NCBI GenBank assembly: GCA_938091335.1
Contig: CALLJG010000011.1
Location: forward strand, 1,245 to 65,244
DNA length: 64,000 bases
From: an uncultured Thermodesulfobacterium sp.
Lineage (GTDB): Bacteria > Desulfobacterota > Thermodesulfobacteria > Thermodesulfobacteriales > Thermodesulfobacteriaceae
Direction of reading: 5' to 3'
Below, piece by piece: positions 19,564-28,627 of the stretch (position 1 is the stretch's first letter; the number at the start of each line of letters is the position of its first letter). The translations under genes were made by a program, and so were the position numbers. The notes below the pieces were generated by a model. It saw only the letters and a list, made by a program, of their open reading frames with translations, was not told where the DNA came from and ran no database searches.

Positions 19564-20087
19564 TGTATACCTGATAGCAAGGTTAAGAAGATAATTATTT
19601 GTATCATAGTAAAAATCAGAATTCTATTTAAAGGTTTTATAAAAAGATTTATAAATTGAAAAAATAAAAACAAAAGCTGAAAAACAGTAGATGCCTTTCC
19701 TAAAAAGGTAGGATTAAAATAAAGAAAAGTTTTATATTTTAAAAATAAAATAATTCCTCCTAAAAGAATGGCTATATCTCTAATTATTATCAAAAAAATT
19801 AATTCTAAAGGTATTTTTTTATCTAAATAAAGTAAAATGAATAACATATTTATAAAAACCTTATCTGCAATAGGATCAAGAATTTTACCTAATTCAGTTT
19901 TTTGTTTAAATAATCTTGCTGTGTTGCCATCTAAGGTATCGCTTAAAACAGCAGTTCCTATTAAAAATAAAAATATATGAGATGGTACTTTTTTCATCCA
20001 AAGAAAAGGAAAAAATAAACCTAATATTAGTCTATATAAGCTCAAAAGATTAGGAATATTTAAAAAGTCCTTTTTATTTATTTGCAT
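19515..20087 (-). CDS. pgsA: CDP-alcohol phosphatidyltransferase (PgsA-like)
   Basis: DTLDGNTARLFKQKTELGKILDPIADK matches D-x2-DG-x2-AR...G-x3-D-x3-D. 190 aa with multiple TM helices. Confidence 0.8.
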   Translation of the reverse strand: MQINKKDFLNIPNLLSLYRLILGLFFPFLWMKKVPSHIFLFLIGTAVLSDTLDGNTARLFKQKTELGKILDPIADKVFINMLFILLYLDKKIPLELIFLIIIRDIAILLGGIILFLKYKTFLYFNPTFLGKASTVFQLLFLFFQFINLFIKPLNRILIFTMIQIIIFLTLLSGIHYIFLFWKFLRGSPIK

Positions 20088-20117
20088 AAAATTTTATTAT
20101 AGCTTAAAATTAATTTA

Positions 20118-20708
20118 ATGGTACTTTTACACATTTGTTGCGGGCCTTGTAGTATATATCCTGTCAAATATTTTAAAGAAAAAGGAATTTCTTTTAAAGG
20201 ATATTTTTATAATCCCAATATTCATCCCTATAGAGAGTTTAGACAGAGAATAAAAGCTTTAGAAGAAGTTCAAAAAATTCTAGGATTCGATATTATATGG
20301 CACAAAGAATATGGATTAAGAAATTTCATAAAAGAAACCTTTATGTTATGGGATAATCCTGGTAAAAGATGTGAAAGATGTTATTTTATGAGACTTAAAG
20401 CTACAGTTAAAAAAGCTTTAGAAATACAAGCAGAAGCTTTTACTTCCACTCTTCTTTTAAGTATTCATCAAAATCATCAAGTTGTAAAAGAAATAGCAGA
20501 GGAATTAAGTTCTAAATATAAAGTCCCCTTTTTTTATGAAGATTTCAGAAAAGGATATAAAAACTCTCATGAAGAAGCCAAAAATTTAAGTATTTATACA
20601 CAAGGTTATTGTGGATGTATTTTCAGTGAGGAAGAAAGATATTATAAAAAAAGAAAAAAAGAATTGATTAAGGAATATAATTTTTTAAAAGTTAGTGATA
20701 TTTTTTAA
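20118..20708 (+). CDS. queH: Epoxyqueuosine reductase QueH (DUF208)
   Basis: LLHICCGPCS at the N-terminus, CERCY, and a CGC motif near the C-terminus. Confidence 0.85.
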   Translation: MVLLHICCGPCSIYPVKYFKEKGISFKGYFYNPNIHPYREFRQRIKALEEVQKILGFDIIWHKEYGLRNFIKETFMLWDNPGKRCERCYFMRLKATVKKALEIQAEAFTSTLLLSIHQNHQVVKEIAEELSSKYKVPFFYEDFRKGYKNSHEEAKNLSIYTQGYCGCIFSEEERYYKKRKKELIKEYNFLKVSDIF

Positions 20709-21051
20709 TTTCATCAATAATAGAAGCTAAAGCTAAAAAAGCTTCTTTTCTATGCTTGGCAAAAATAGCTATCGAGAGAACTCTTTCTCCTATTTTTAAA
20801 AAACCTGTTGCATGATAAATAATTACTTCAATAAGATCATATATTTTTATTGTTTCTTTTCTTATTTCATCTAATTTTTCTATAACCATTTCCTTTATAT
20901 CAAGTCCTTTAGCAGGAAATTTTTCTTCTCCTTTTAAATCATATTCTCTTACAAATCCATTAAATTCTAAAATACATCCATATTTTCCTTTAAGATTCTC
21001 AATTAAATCTTCTTTTTTATCTAAATAAGATTTATAATCCTGAAAAATCAT
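20692..21051 (-). CDS. MoaE-like (molybdopterin synthase large subunit fold) protein, short form
   Basis: GCILEFNGFVRE, IIYHATGFLKIGE and AIFAKHRKEAF align with the MoaE core, but the C-terminal PxWK segment is missing. I prefer the start at ATG 21051 (ATGA overlap with the upstream stop) over 21126. Confidence 0.55.
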   Translation of the reverse strand: MIFQDYKSYLDKKEDLIENLKGKYGCILEFNGFVREYDLKGEEKFPAKGLDIKEMVIEKLDEIRKETIKIYDLIEVIIYHATGFLKIGERVLSIAIFAKHRKEAFLALASIIDEIKKYH

Positions 21052-22121
21052 TTTCTGCCAAATTTTTTCACATTTAAAATTTTCCAATAAAAATAAGTAT
21101 AAAATATGCAGAAAAAAATACAACATAAAATAAGAATTTTAGTATTATTCCAAAAAAGAAGTGCAGGAATAATTGCTAAAGCATTTATTACCCACAAAAA
21201 AACAGAAGTAAGAGGGTTTCTAATTTCTGGATTGTAAAGAGCTAAAAATTTTTTAATAAAGATTTGATAAATCAACGTATGAAAATGAAGACCATCGGGA
21301 CTCATAGCAGGTCTTTTTCTTATGATACGTCTTCTATAAATAGAAAATAAGGTTTCATAAACTGGGTAGATATTTATGGTTAAAGCAAACCAAGGTGAAA
21401 CTTCATGATGTTTTAGGACAAGAAGAATAACAGCTATTCCGATAATAAAGCCAGTAAAATAAGCTCCTCCATCACCTAAAAAAATAAGTCCAAATGGATA
21501 ATTCAGAAGAAAAAAACCAAGTAAAGCAAAACTTGTAACTACACATAGATTGGTTATTTCATAATCTCCTAATTTATATGCTACATAAGCTATTCCCATG
21601 AGAATCATCATAGAAACCATGCTTGCAAGTCCATTGAATCCATCAATTATATTAATAGCATTGGAAATTCCGACAAGAGAAAACACAGTAAATAAAAGAG
21701 AAACAAAGCCTATTTTGAGAAAACTATCAACTAAAGGTAAATCTACTCTAATAATTTTAGCATTTAAGAAAAAATAAGCTAAAATAGCAGAAATACTTAG
21801 AAATACCATTCTTATTTTGGGATGAAATCTGCCTGTAAGGTCCTCTATAATTCCGGCTAAAAAAACCGGAAAGGAACAAAGAATTAACATAGGATAATTT
21901 GAAGCAAAAGATTCTTTTATTAAAAAGGCTAAACCCAGTCCCATACATATTCCTAAGAAAATAGAGATTCCTCCAATTCTTACAGTAGGTTTAGTATGGA
22001 AGGTTTGTGGACCTTTATGTAAATAATCTGTAATAAAAACCTTTATTTTTTTACTACTTGTAATAAAAATTAAACAGAGAAAAAAAGAAAGAAAAAATGC
22101 TAAACTTGCATATTTTAACAT
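21048..22121 (-). CDS. Polyprenyl-phosphate sugar-1-phosphate transferase (MraY/WecA family, GT4 of Pfam)
   Basis: IIEDLTG, NAINIIDGFNGLA, and FLGDGGAY motifs. About 10 TM helices. Confidence 0.85.
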   Translation of the reverse strand: MLKYASLAFFLSFFLCLIFITSSKKIKVFITDYLHKGPQTFHTKPTVRIGGISIFLGICMGLGLAFLIKESFASNYPMLILCSFPVFLAGIIEDLTGRFHPKIRMVFLSISAILAYFFLNAKIIRVDLPLVDSFLKIGFVSLLFTVFSLVGISNAINIIDGFNGLASMVSMMILMGIAYVAYKLGDYEITNLCVVTSFALLGFFLLNYPFGLIFLGDGGAYFTGFIIGIAVILLVLKHHEVSPWFALTINIYPVYETLFSIYRRRIIRKRPAMSPDGLHFHTLIYQIFIKKFLALYNPEIRNPLTSVFLWVINALAIIPALLFWNNTKILILCCIFFCIFYTYFYWKILNVKKFGRK

Positions 22122-22210
22122 TTTAAAATCAGTATGTTTACATTATTTATATAATTTAATAAAAATTTCAGATTCATATTTTTGATCCATTCTATAAGGC
22201 ATCAGAAAGA

Positions 22211-22870
22211 CTATTTTTTCTTTCCTATAGCAATAATATAAAGAGGGTCTTCTTTTATATTTAGAGACTTTTTTAATGCCTTATCATAAAAAGCTCCTAC
22301 TGGAACACCAACAAGATTTAAAGCAGTTGCTTGAAGTAAAATATTTTGAGCAACATGCCCTACTTCAATGTGAACATATCTTATACCCCTTTCTCCATAT
22401 TTTTGTGTAGTTCTTTCATAAACTGCTGTAATAATAAATAAGATTGAGGCATTTTTGATCCAAGGTTGTCTCCAAGCTGAACTCCATATATCTATTCTTT
22501 TGTCTTCTTGCAATTTTTTAACAAGGGAATGGGTTTTAGGTTCATATTTATAAACTCCGCAAGAGAGGTTTTTAACATTTCCAGCTACTAAGTATATTTC
22601 TAAAGGGTAAAGAGCTCCTGCTGATGGAGCAGTTCTTCCTCCCCAAGAAGTAGTTATTCCTTGAGCAGCCCAAAGAAGTTGGGAAACTTCTTCAAGTGTT
22701 AAAGGTTGTTGAGAAAATTCTCTTATAGATCTTCTTTTTGATAGAGTTTCTTCTAAAGAAATATTACTTTTAAATCTTGGTTCAGGAAGCTTTATAAGTT
22801 CTTCTGAAATTAGAGATTTAGTAAGAAAGAAAAGAAAAAATCCTTGAATAAATAATAAAAATTTTCTCAT
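22211..22870 (-). CDS. SagB-type dehydrogenase / nitroreductase-family protein with an N-terminal signal or anchor
   Basis: RRSIREF, APSAGALYPLEIY and IRYVHIEVGH motifs. I moved the start to ATG 22870 because the tracked N-terminus (to 22927) runs into tRNA-Thr. Confidence 0.7.
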   Translation of the reverse strand: MRKFLLFIQGFFLFFLTKSLISEELIKLPEPRFKSNISLEETLSKRRSIREFSQQPLTLEEVSQLLWAAQGITTSWGGRTAPSAGALYPLEIYLVAGNVKNLSCGVYKYEPKTHSLVKKLQEDKRIDIWSSAWRQPWIKNASILFIITAVYERTTQKYGERGIRYVHIEVGHVAQNILLQATALNLVGVPVGAFYDKALKKSLNIKEDPLYIIAIGKKK

Positions 22871-22879
22871 ATACATACA

Positions 22880-22952
22880 AGCCGGCGGAGGGAGTTGAAC
22901 CCTCAACCTTGGGATTACAAATCCCACGCTCTGCCCATTGAGCTACGCCGGC
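22880..22952 (-). tRNA. tRNA-Thr (anticodon UGU)
   Basis: The reverse complement GCCGGCGTAGCTCAATGGGCAGAGCGTGGGATTTGTAATCCCAAGGTTGAGGGTTCAACTCCCTCCGCCGGCT folds as a cloverleaf. The anticodon loop is TTTGTAA. Confidence 0.9.
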
Positions 22953-22971
22953 AAGGATTTTATTGAGGCTT

Positions 22972-23063
22972 CGGAGGAGGCGGGATTCGAACCCGCGGCA
23001 CGAGCTTATCACCCGTGCACTCGCTTAGCAGGCGAGCGCCTTCGACCTCTCGGCCACTCCTCC
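22972..23063 (-). tRNA. tRNA-Ser (anticodon GCU), long variable arm
   Basis: The reverse complement is GGAGGAGTGGCCGAGAGGTCGAAGGCGCTCGCCTGCTAAGCGAG...GGTTCGAATCCCGCCTCCTCCG. The anticodon loop is CTGCTAA and the variable arm is about 20 nt. Confidence 0.9.
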
Positions 23064-23074
23064 AATTTTTAAAA

Positions 23075-23146
23075 TTCCGGGGCGTGGATTCGAACCACGA
23101 TTCTGGGAGCCAAAGTCCCATGTCCTGCCAGTTAGACGACCCCGGA
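23075..23146 (-). tRNA. tRNA-Gln (anticodon UUG)
   Basis: The reverse complement is TCCGGGGTCGTCTAACTGGCAGGACATGGGACTTTGGCTCCCAGAATCGTGGTTCGAATCCACGCCCCGGAA. The anticodon loop is CTTTGGC, and the U1-A72 pair is typical of bacterial tRNA-Gln. Confidence 0.9.
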
Positions 23147-23215
23147 ATTTTAATTTAATATAACATTTCTTTATTTTTTGTAAAGTCATTTATTTTATCA
23201 AAAATTTAATAAACA

Positions 23216-23243
23216 TTGACAAATTAAATTTTAATTTTAATAT
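23216..23243 (+). promoter_or_regulatory. Putative sigma-70 promoter of the fur operon (TTGACA-N16-TAATAT)
   Basis: A perfect -35 hexamer at 23216-23221 and a TAATAT -10 at 23238-23243, about 35 nt upstream of the fur ATG. The AT-rich background raises the chance of a false positive. Confidence 0.4.
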
Positions 23244-23259
23244 TGAAAATAAATTTCAA
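23243..23259. promoter_or_regulatory. Fur-box-like imperfect palindrome overlapping the -10 element
   Basis: TTGAAAATAAATTTCAA has 7 of 8 arm positions complementary around a central A. It is an AT-rich inverted repeat sitting immediately at the promoter of a Fur-family gene. Confidence 0.35.
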
Positions 23260-23276
23260 TTTGAAAAAGAAAGATT

Positions 23277-23741
23277 ATGAGATCATCTTTAAAAACTAAG
23301 GAAAATATAGAACTTGTTAAGGAATTTAAAGAATTTATTAAAAAAAAAGGACTAAAATATACTTCAGAAAGAGAAGAAATTTTAAAAGAGATTTTAAAAG
23401 TTAAAGACCATTTTGATGTGGAGGAACTTTATATGAAATTGAGAGGAAAGGGAAGCAAAATTTCTAAAGCCTCAGTGTATAGAACAATTTCTCTCCTTAT
23501 TGAAGCAGGTTATATACAAGAAGTTTATAGACAAAATGCAAGATCTTACTATGAAGTAACATTGGATAAAATTCCTCATCTTCATTTTATTTGCATAAAA
23601 TGCAAAAAAGTAGAAGAAATAATAGAAAATGAATTGATAAAATTAATTCAAAAACATTCCAAACAAAAAAATTATGCCCCTTTAACATATCATTTAGAAA
23701 TTTTTGGTATATGTTCAGATTGTATAAAAAGTATCAGTTAA
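23277..23741 (+). CDS. fur: Fur-family metalloregulator
   Basis: Winged-helix region SKASVYRTISLL, an HLHFICIKCKKVEEI metal site and a C-terminal CSDC pair. 154 aa. Confidence 0.85.
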   Translation: MRSSLKTKENIELVKEFKEFIKKKGLKYTSEREEILKEILKVKDHFDVEELYMKLRGKGSKISKASVYRTISLLIEAGYIQEVYRQNARSYYEVTLDKIPHLHFICIKCKKVEEIIENELIKLIQKHSKQKNYAPLTYHLEIFGICSDCIKSIS

Positions 23742-23757
23742 AGGAGGGAAAGGTTAT

Positions 23758-24036
23758 ATGTTACTTATTAATGCTAAATGTGGAGATAAAATAGAAATAA
23801 AAGAATTTTTAGGTAAAGATGCTATATTAAAGAAAATAGAAGCTATGGGATTAAGGAAAGGTGATATTTTTGAGATAGTTAAAAAATGGGGAAGAAATTT
23901 TTTGTTAAAAAGTGGTAATAATAGAATTGTACTTAGTGCTGAAATTGCAAAAAATATAAAAATAGAATTAATAGAAAGAGATTTTAGTGATTGTGAGGAA
24001 AGATCTTGTTGGAAAAGATGGAGATGGTTTAAATGA
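23758..24036 (+). CDS. feoA: FeoA-domain protein with a Cys/Trp/Arg-rich tail
   Basis: SH3-like FeoA pattern (GDKIEIKEF...ILKKIEAMGLRKGDIFEIVKK...NRIVLSAEIAKNIKI). A strong GGAGGG RBS lies upstream. The tail reads CEERSCWKRWRWFK. Confidence 0.7.
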   Translation: MLLINAKCGDKIEIKEFLGKDAILKKIEAMGLRKGDIFEIVKKWGRNFLLKSGNNRIVLSAEIAKNIKIELIERDFSDCEERSCWKRWRWFK

Positions 24037-25010
24037 AAAAAAGAAAATTTATAAGGCTACCTTTTTCTACTCAAGTAGAATTTTTTTGGAAAAATTCAAG
24101 TTATAAAGCTAATTTAAAAAATTTAAGTTATGGAGGAGCTTTTATTGAGAGTGAAATTATACCACCTAAAGACGAAGAAATATCTCTCATACTTTTTGTA
24201 AAAGAAAATATTCCTTCTATAAAAATCTTTTTAAAAGGAAAAGTTGTAAGAAATGAGCCAGAAAAAGGTTTTGCTATCAAATATACATATATTTCTTCAG
24301 AAAGTTTTAATCACTTTAAAAATCTTATTTATTATAATTGCCCATCCCCAGAAATTGCAGAAAAAGAATTATATAGATTTCTTGATGAAGCACATCCTTT
24401 GATTAAAAGTTTGAAAACCCTTATTATAATTGGATTAAAAGAAGAACTTATGAAGTATATTTTAGAAAGAGCCTTTTTATATAATCCTAATAATCCCTTT
24501 ATTTTATCAAGTGGAAAAAAAAGTCCTTATTATCTAGATTGTAGAAAAATTACTTTATATTCTCCAAGCTTTAATCTTATTGGGAATTTATTTTGGCAAG
24601 AGATTAAATATTTAGGAGTAGATGGAATAGCAGGAATGAGTATAGGAGCAGATCCAATTGTATGTGCCATTTTATCCAAAGCTTATGAAGAGAATATTTC
24701 CTTGGAAGGTTTACTCATAAGAAAAGAACCTAAAAAATATGGTACCCAAAAACAAATAGAAGGAAATTTAGTAGAGAATATGGAAATAGTATTAGTTGAA
24801 GATGTAGTAACTACCGGCTCTTCTGTTATTAAAGCTTTATCAGTTTTAGAAAAAAATAAAGTAGAAGTTATAAAAGTAATTGCCTTAATTGATAGAGAAG
24901 AAGGAGGAAAAGAAAATATTGAAAATTATGGATATAATTTTTATGCTTTTTTTACTTTAAATGAGATTATTGAAAATTATCAAAAAACTTATAAAGGAGG
25001 TAGGTTATGA
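24033..25010 (+). CDS. pyrE: PilZ domain fused to orotate phosphoribosyltransferase
   Basis: aa 4-8 RKFIR (RxxxR) and aa 30-35 NLSYGG ((D/N)xSxxG) are the two PilZ c-di-GMP motifs. From about aa 135 there is a complete short-type OPRTase (LSSGKKSPYYLDCR, IRKEPKKYG, VLVEDVVTTGSS, IDREEGG). Confidence 0.85.
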   Translation: MKKRKFIRLPFSTQVEFFWKNSSYKANLKNLSYGGAFIESEIIPPKDEEISLILFVKENIPSIKIFLKGKVVRNEPEKGFAIKYTYISSESFNHFKNLIYYNCPSPEIAEKELYRFLDEAHPLIKSLKTLIIIGLKEELMKYILERAFLYNPNNPFILSSGKKSPYYLDCRKITLYSPSFNLIGNLFWQEIKYLGVDGIAGMSIGADPIVCAILSKAYEENISLEGLLIRKEPKKYGTQKQIEGNLVENMEIVLVEDVVTTGSSVIKALSVLEKNKVEVIKVIALIDREEGGKENIENYGYNFYAFFTLNEIIENYQKTYKGGRL

Positions 25011-26032
25011 AAAGGATGTTATGTTTTTTATTATTAATTTTTTTATTTATTTTTGGATGTAAACCATCTTCTGAACCTTCTAAAATTAAAAGGATTATTA
25101 ATGGAGCAGGAGCCACTTTCCCTTATATTCTTTATGCCAATTGGACTAATGAGTATTATAAACTTACCGGAGTTAAGATTAATTACCAATCTATTGGTTC
25201 GGGAGGGGGTATTAGACAAATTATAGAAAGGACTATTGATTTTGGAGCAAGTGATTTACCACTTTCTCCAGATGAAGTAGAGAAAAAAGGCTTATTACAA
25301 TTTCCTACAGTTATAGGAGCTGTAGTACCAGTAGTAAATGTTCCGGAAATTAAAAATGAGAAATTAATTCTTGATGGAGAAAGTTTATGCAAAATCTATC
25401 TTGGTAAAATTAAAAAATGGAATGATCCTCAAATTAAAGCTTTAAATCCAAATCTTTTTCTTCCAGATAAATTTATTACTCCTATATATAGATCTGATGC
25501 CTCTGGAACAACAGCCATTTTTACTCATTATTTAAATGGGAGCTGTAAAGAATGGAAAGTTCAAATAGGTTTTGGAACAGCTGTTAATTGGAGGGTAGGA
25601 ATAGGAGCCAAAGGAAATGAGGGAATAGCAAATTATGTTAAAAAAACTCCTTATACTATTGGGTATGTGGAACTTGCCTATGCCATTCAAAATCGACTTT
25701 CTTATACTAAACTTAAGAATATGTCAGGAAATATAGTAGAGCCAGATGAGGAAGCTATAAAAGCAGCTCTTTCAAAAGCTGACTTTAATCCTTTAAAGCA
25801 TTTTTATGTATGGCTTACTAATGTTCCAGAAGATAAAGCCTGGCCTATTGTAGGTGCGACTTATATTCTTCTTGCAAGGGATAAAAAAGAGATTAATAAA
25901 GAAGTAGTTAAATTTTTTGATTGGGCTTTTAAAAACGGAGACGATTCAGCTAAAAAATTAACTTATATTCCTTTATCTGAACAAATAAAGGAAAAAATTA
26001 GAAATTATTGGAAAAATTTTGGTATTTTTTAA
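25007..26032 (+). CDS. pstS: Phosphate ABC transporter substrate-binding protein
   Basis: Lipoprotein-type signal (LFIFGC), with GAGATFP, YQSIGSGGG and RSDASGTT motifs. Confidence 0.9.
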   Translation: MKRMLCFLLLIFLFIFGCKPSSEPSKIKRIINGAGATFPYILYANWTNEYYKLTGVKINYQSIGSGGGIRQIIERTIDFGASDLPLSPDEVEKKGLLQFPTVIGAVVPVVNVPEIKNEKLILDGESLCKIYLGKIKKWNDPQIKALNPNLFLPDKFITPIYRSDASGTTAIFTHYLNGSCKEWKVQIGFGTAVNWRVGIGAKGNEGIANYVKKTPYTIGYVELAYAIQNRLSYTKLKNMSGNIVEPDEEAIKAALSKADFNPLKHFYVWLTNVPEDKAWPIVGATYILLARDKKEINKEVVKFFDWAFKNGDDSAKKLTYIPLSEQIKEKIRNYWKNFGIF

Positions 26033-26098
26033 GTTGAAAAAAATCTAATAGCTCATTAGAATAAAGATAAATTTTTTATAACTTCTTAAAGTTAATAA

Positions 26099-27034
26099 GT
26101 GAGAAAATTAAGTCATTATTTAGAAATACTTATTAAGTATTTTTTATGTTTTTGGGCTATTTTTTCTGGGCTTATTTTTCCTTTTATAGTTTTTTTTCTT
26201 CTTTTTTATGAGTCTCGTTTAGCTATTAAGCATTTTGGAATTATTAAATTTATAACTTCTCAAACCTGGGATCCTGTAACTGAAAAATTTGGTGGTCTTG
26301 CAATGATAACTGGAACTATAATAAGTACTTTTATTGCTATTCTTATTGCAGCTCCAGTTTCTATTGGAATAGCTATTTTTATTACCGAACTTGCTCCATC
26401 ATGGTTAAAAAATGTGATTTCAAGTGCCATAGAACTTTTAGCTGCTATTCCTAGTATAATTTATGGAATGTGGGGTTTTTTTGTTCTTACCAATTTTATG
26501 AGAAATTATATAGAACCTGCTTTACAATTTTTTTTTGTTCCCCTTCCTTTTATAGGTAAATTTTTTTCTGGGGTTCCTACTGGAATTGATGTTCTTACGA
26601 CATCTTTGGTTTTATCTATTATGATTATTCCTTTTATGAGTTCAATTGTAAAGGATTCTTTTAATCTTGTGCCTTTAGTAATGAAAGAATCAGCCTATAG
26701 CTTAGGAGCTACTAAGTGGGAAGTTATAAAAGATATTGTTATTCCTTATACTGTATCTGGAATTACTGGAGGACTTGTTCTTTCAACAGGAAGAGCTTTA
26801 GGAGAAACCATGGCAGTTACTTTTTTGGCAGGAAATGTCACACAAGTTCCTACCTCTCTTTTTTCTCCTTTTACTACTATAACTGTGGCTTTAGCTAATC
26901 AGTTTACAGAAGCTGATACCCCTCTTTATCTTTCTTCCCTTTTTTATCTTTCTCTCATTCTTTTTGTTCTTTCTTTTATCCTTCTCACTTTTGCTAAACT
27001 ATTGATTTTGAGGTTACAAAAGAAATGGAAATAA
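26099..27034 (+). CDS. pstC: Phosphate ABC transporter permease PstC (GTG start)
   Basis: Multi-TM permease with an EAA-like loop (ESAYSLGATKWEVIKDIVIPY) in pst operon context. Confidence 0.9.
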   Translation: MRKLSHYLEILIKYFLCFWAIFSGLIFPFIVFFLLFYESRLAIKHFGIIKFITSQTWDPVTEKFGGLAMITGTIISTFIAILIAAPVSIGIAIFITELAPSWLKNVISSAIELLAAIPSIIYGMWGFFVLTNFMRNYIEPALQFFFVPLPFIGKFFSGVPTGIDVLTTSLVLSIMIIPFMSSIVKDSFNLVPLVMKESAYSLGATKWEVIKDIVIPYTVSGITGGLVLSTGRALGETMAVTFLAGNVTQVPTSLFSPFTTITVALANQFTEADTPLYLSSLFYLSLILFVLSFILLTFAKLLILRLQKKWK

Positions 27035-27864
27035 CAGTTTTAAAGAGAAAATTAATAAGCCATTTAATGTTAGTTATTTCTTTTTTTACTGCTATGTATG
27101 GACTTTTTTGGTTATTTTGGATTTTAGGAACTCTTTTTATTAATGGATTTAGATATTTATCATTAGATCTTTTTTTACAAGATCCAACTCCTCCAGGTAT
27201 TGAAGGAGGAGGTTTAAGACATGCCTTTATAGGACATTTCTTTATCACTTTTTTGGCTACTTTAATAGGGGTTCCTATTGGTATATGTGCAGGGATTTAT
27301 TATGCAGAATATGGTAAAAATTTGAAAATTTTTATGGTGTTTAAAAATATTACGGATATAATGGTAAGCACACCCTCTATTATTATGGGTGCTGTATTTT
27401 ATGCTTTAATAGTAGTTCCTTTTAAACAATTTAATGCTTTTTCTGGAATTTTATCATTAGCTTTGCTTATGGTTCCTGTAATAAGTATAACCACTTATGA
27501 GATGTTAAGTTTAGTTCCAGATACCTTAAGAGAAGCAGCTTATGCACTTGGAGCTTATAAATGGCAAATTATAAAGGATGTTACTTTAAAATCTGCCAAA
27601 TTTGGGATTTTAACCGGTGTTCTTCTTGGAGTAGCAAGAATAACAGGTGAAACAGCTCCCCTTCTTTTTACTGCCTTTAATAATTCTTATTTATCTTTTG
27701 ATCTTTTTAAACCAATGGCATCTTTAACAGTTACTATTTTCAATTATGTAATGGGACCTTATGATTATTGGCACAAGCAGGCTTGGGCAGCTTCTTTATT
27801 TTTAACTCTTTTGGTTTTAATTTTGTCTCTATTTGCTAAAATGATATTTCATAAAAAGGGTTAA
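27025..27864 (+). CDS. pstA: Phosphate ABC transporter permease PstA
   Basis: The [17 protein letters not shown] loop and [14 protein letters not shown] motif, following pstC in the operon. Confidence 0.9.
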   Translation: MEITVLKRKLISHLMLVISFFTAMYGLFWLFWILGTLFINGFRYLSLDLFLQDPTPPGIEGGGLRHAFIGHFFITFLATLIGVPIGICAGIYYAEYGKNLKIFMVFKNITDIMVSTPSIIMGAVFYALIVVPFKQFNAFSGILSLALLMVPVISITTYEMLSLVPDTLREAAYALGAYKWQIIKDVTLKSAKFGILTGVLLGVARITGETAPLLFTAFNNSYLSFDLFKPMASLTVTIFNYVMGPYDYWHKQAWAASLFLTLLVLILSLFAKMIFHKKG

Positions 27865-27866
27865 AA

Positions 27867-28625
27867 ATGGAGAGAAAGATAGAAATAGAAGTAAGGGGTC
27901 TCAATTTTTATTATGGAGAAAAACATGTACTTAAAAATATAAATTTATCTATTTTTAAAAATAAAGTTACTGCGCTTATAGGACCGTCTGGATGTGGGAA
28001 AACTACCTTTTTAAGATGCATTAACAGAATGCATGATCTTTATTTAGGTAATAGGTATGAAGGGGAAATAATCTTTGAAAATCAAAATATTCTTGATAAA
28101 AATACAGATCTAATTACTTTGAGAGCTAAGATAGGAATGGTTTTTCAAAAGCCAACTCCTTTTCCTATGAGTGTATTTGATAATGTAGCTTACGGACTTA
28201 AACTTAAAGGAATAAAGGGAGAAGAATTAAAAGCAAGAGTTGAAAAAGCTCTTATTGATGCTGCTTTATGGGATGAGGTAAAAGATAAATTAAAAGAAAA
28301 TGCCTTTTCACTTTCTGGAGGACAACAACAAAGACTTTGTATTGCTAGAGCTATTGCAGTAGAGCCTAAAGTACTTTTATTTGATGAACCAACTTCTGCT
28401 CTCGATCCTATTTCTTCTTCTAAAATTGAAGAATTAATCATAAAATTAAAATCTAAAATCACTATTATAATTGTAACTCATAATATGCAGCAAGCAGCAA
28501 GAATATCTGATTATACAGCTTTTATGTATTTAGGGGAATTGATAGAGACGGGACCTACCGAAAAAATTTTTACTACTCCTGAAAAAAAGCTTACAGAAGA
28601 ATATATTACAGGAAGATTTGGATAA
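27867..28625 (+). CDS. pstB: Phosphate ABC transporter ATP-binding protein
   Basis: Walker [10 protein letters not shown], signature LSGGQQQR and Walker [12 protein letters not shown]. Confidence 0.95.
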   Translation: MERKIEIEVRGLNFYYGEKHVLKNINLSIFKNKVTALIGPSGCGKTTFLRCINRMHDLYLGNRYEGEIIFENQNILDKNTDLITLRAKIGMVFQKPTPFPMSVFDNVAYGLKLKGIKGEELKARVEKALIDAALWDEVKDKLKENAFSLSGGQQQRLCIARAIAVEPKVLLFDEPTSALDPISSSKIEELIIKLKSKITIIIVTHNMQQAARISDYTAFMYLGELIETGPTEKIFTTPEKKLTEEYITGRFG

Positions 28626-28627
28626 AA

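Noticed and set aside
22818-23012. A 64-aa ORF, and the first 19 codons of the tracked ORF 22211-22927
   Set aside because: Both run through the tRNA-Thr and tRNA-Ser genes. The nitroreductase-like gene has a sensible internal start at 22870.
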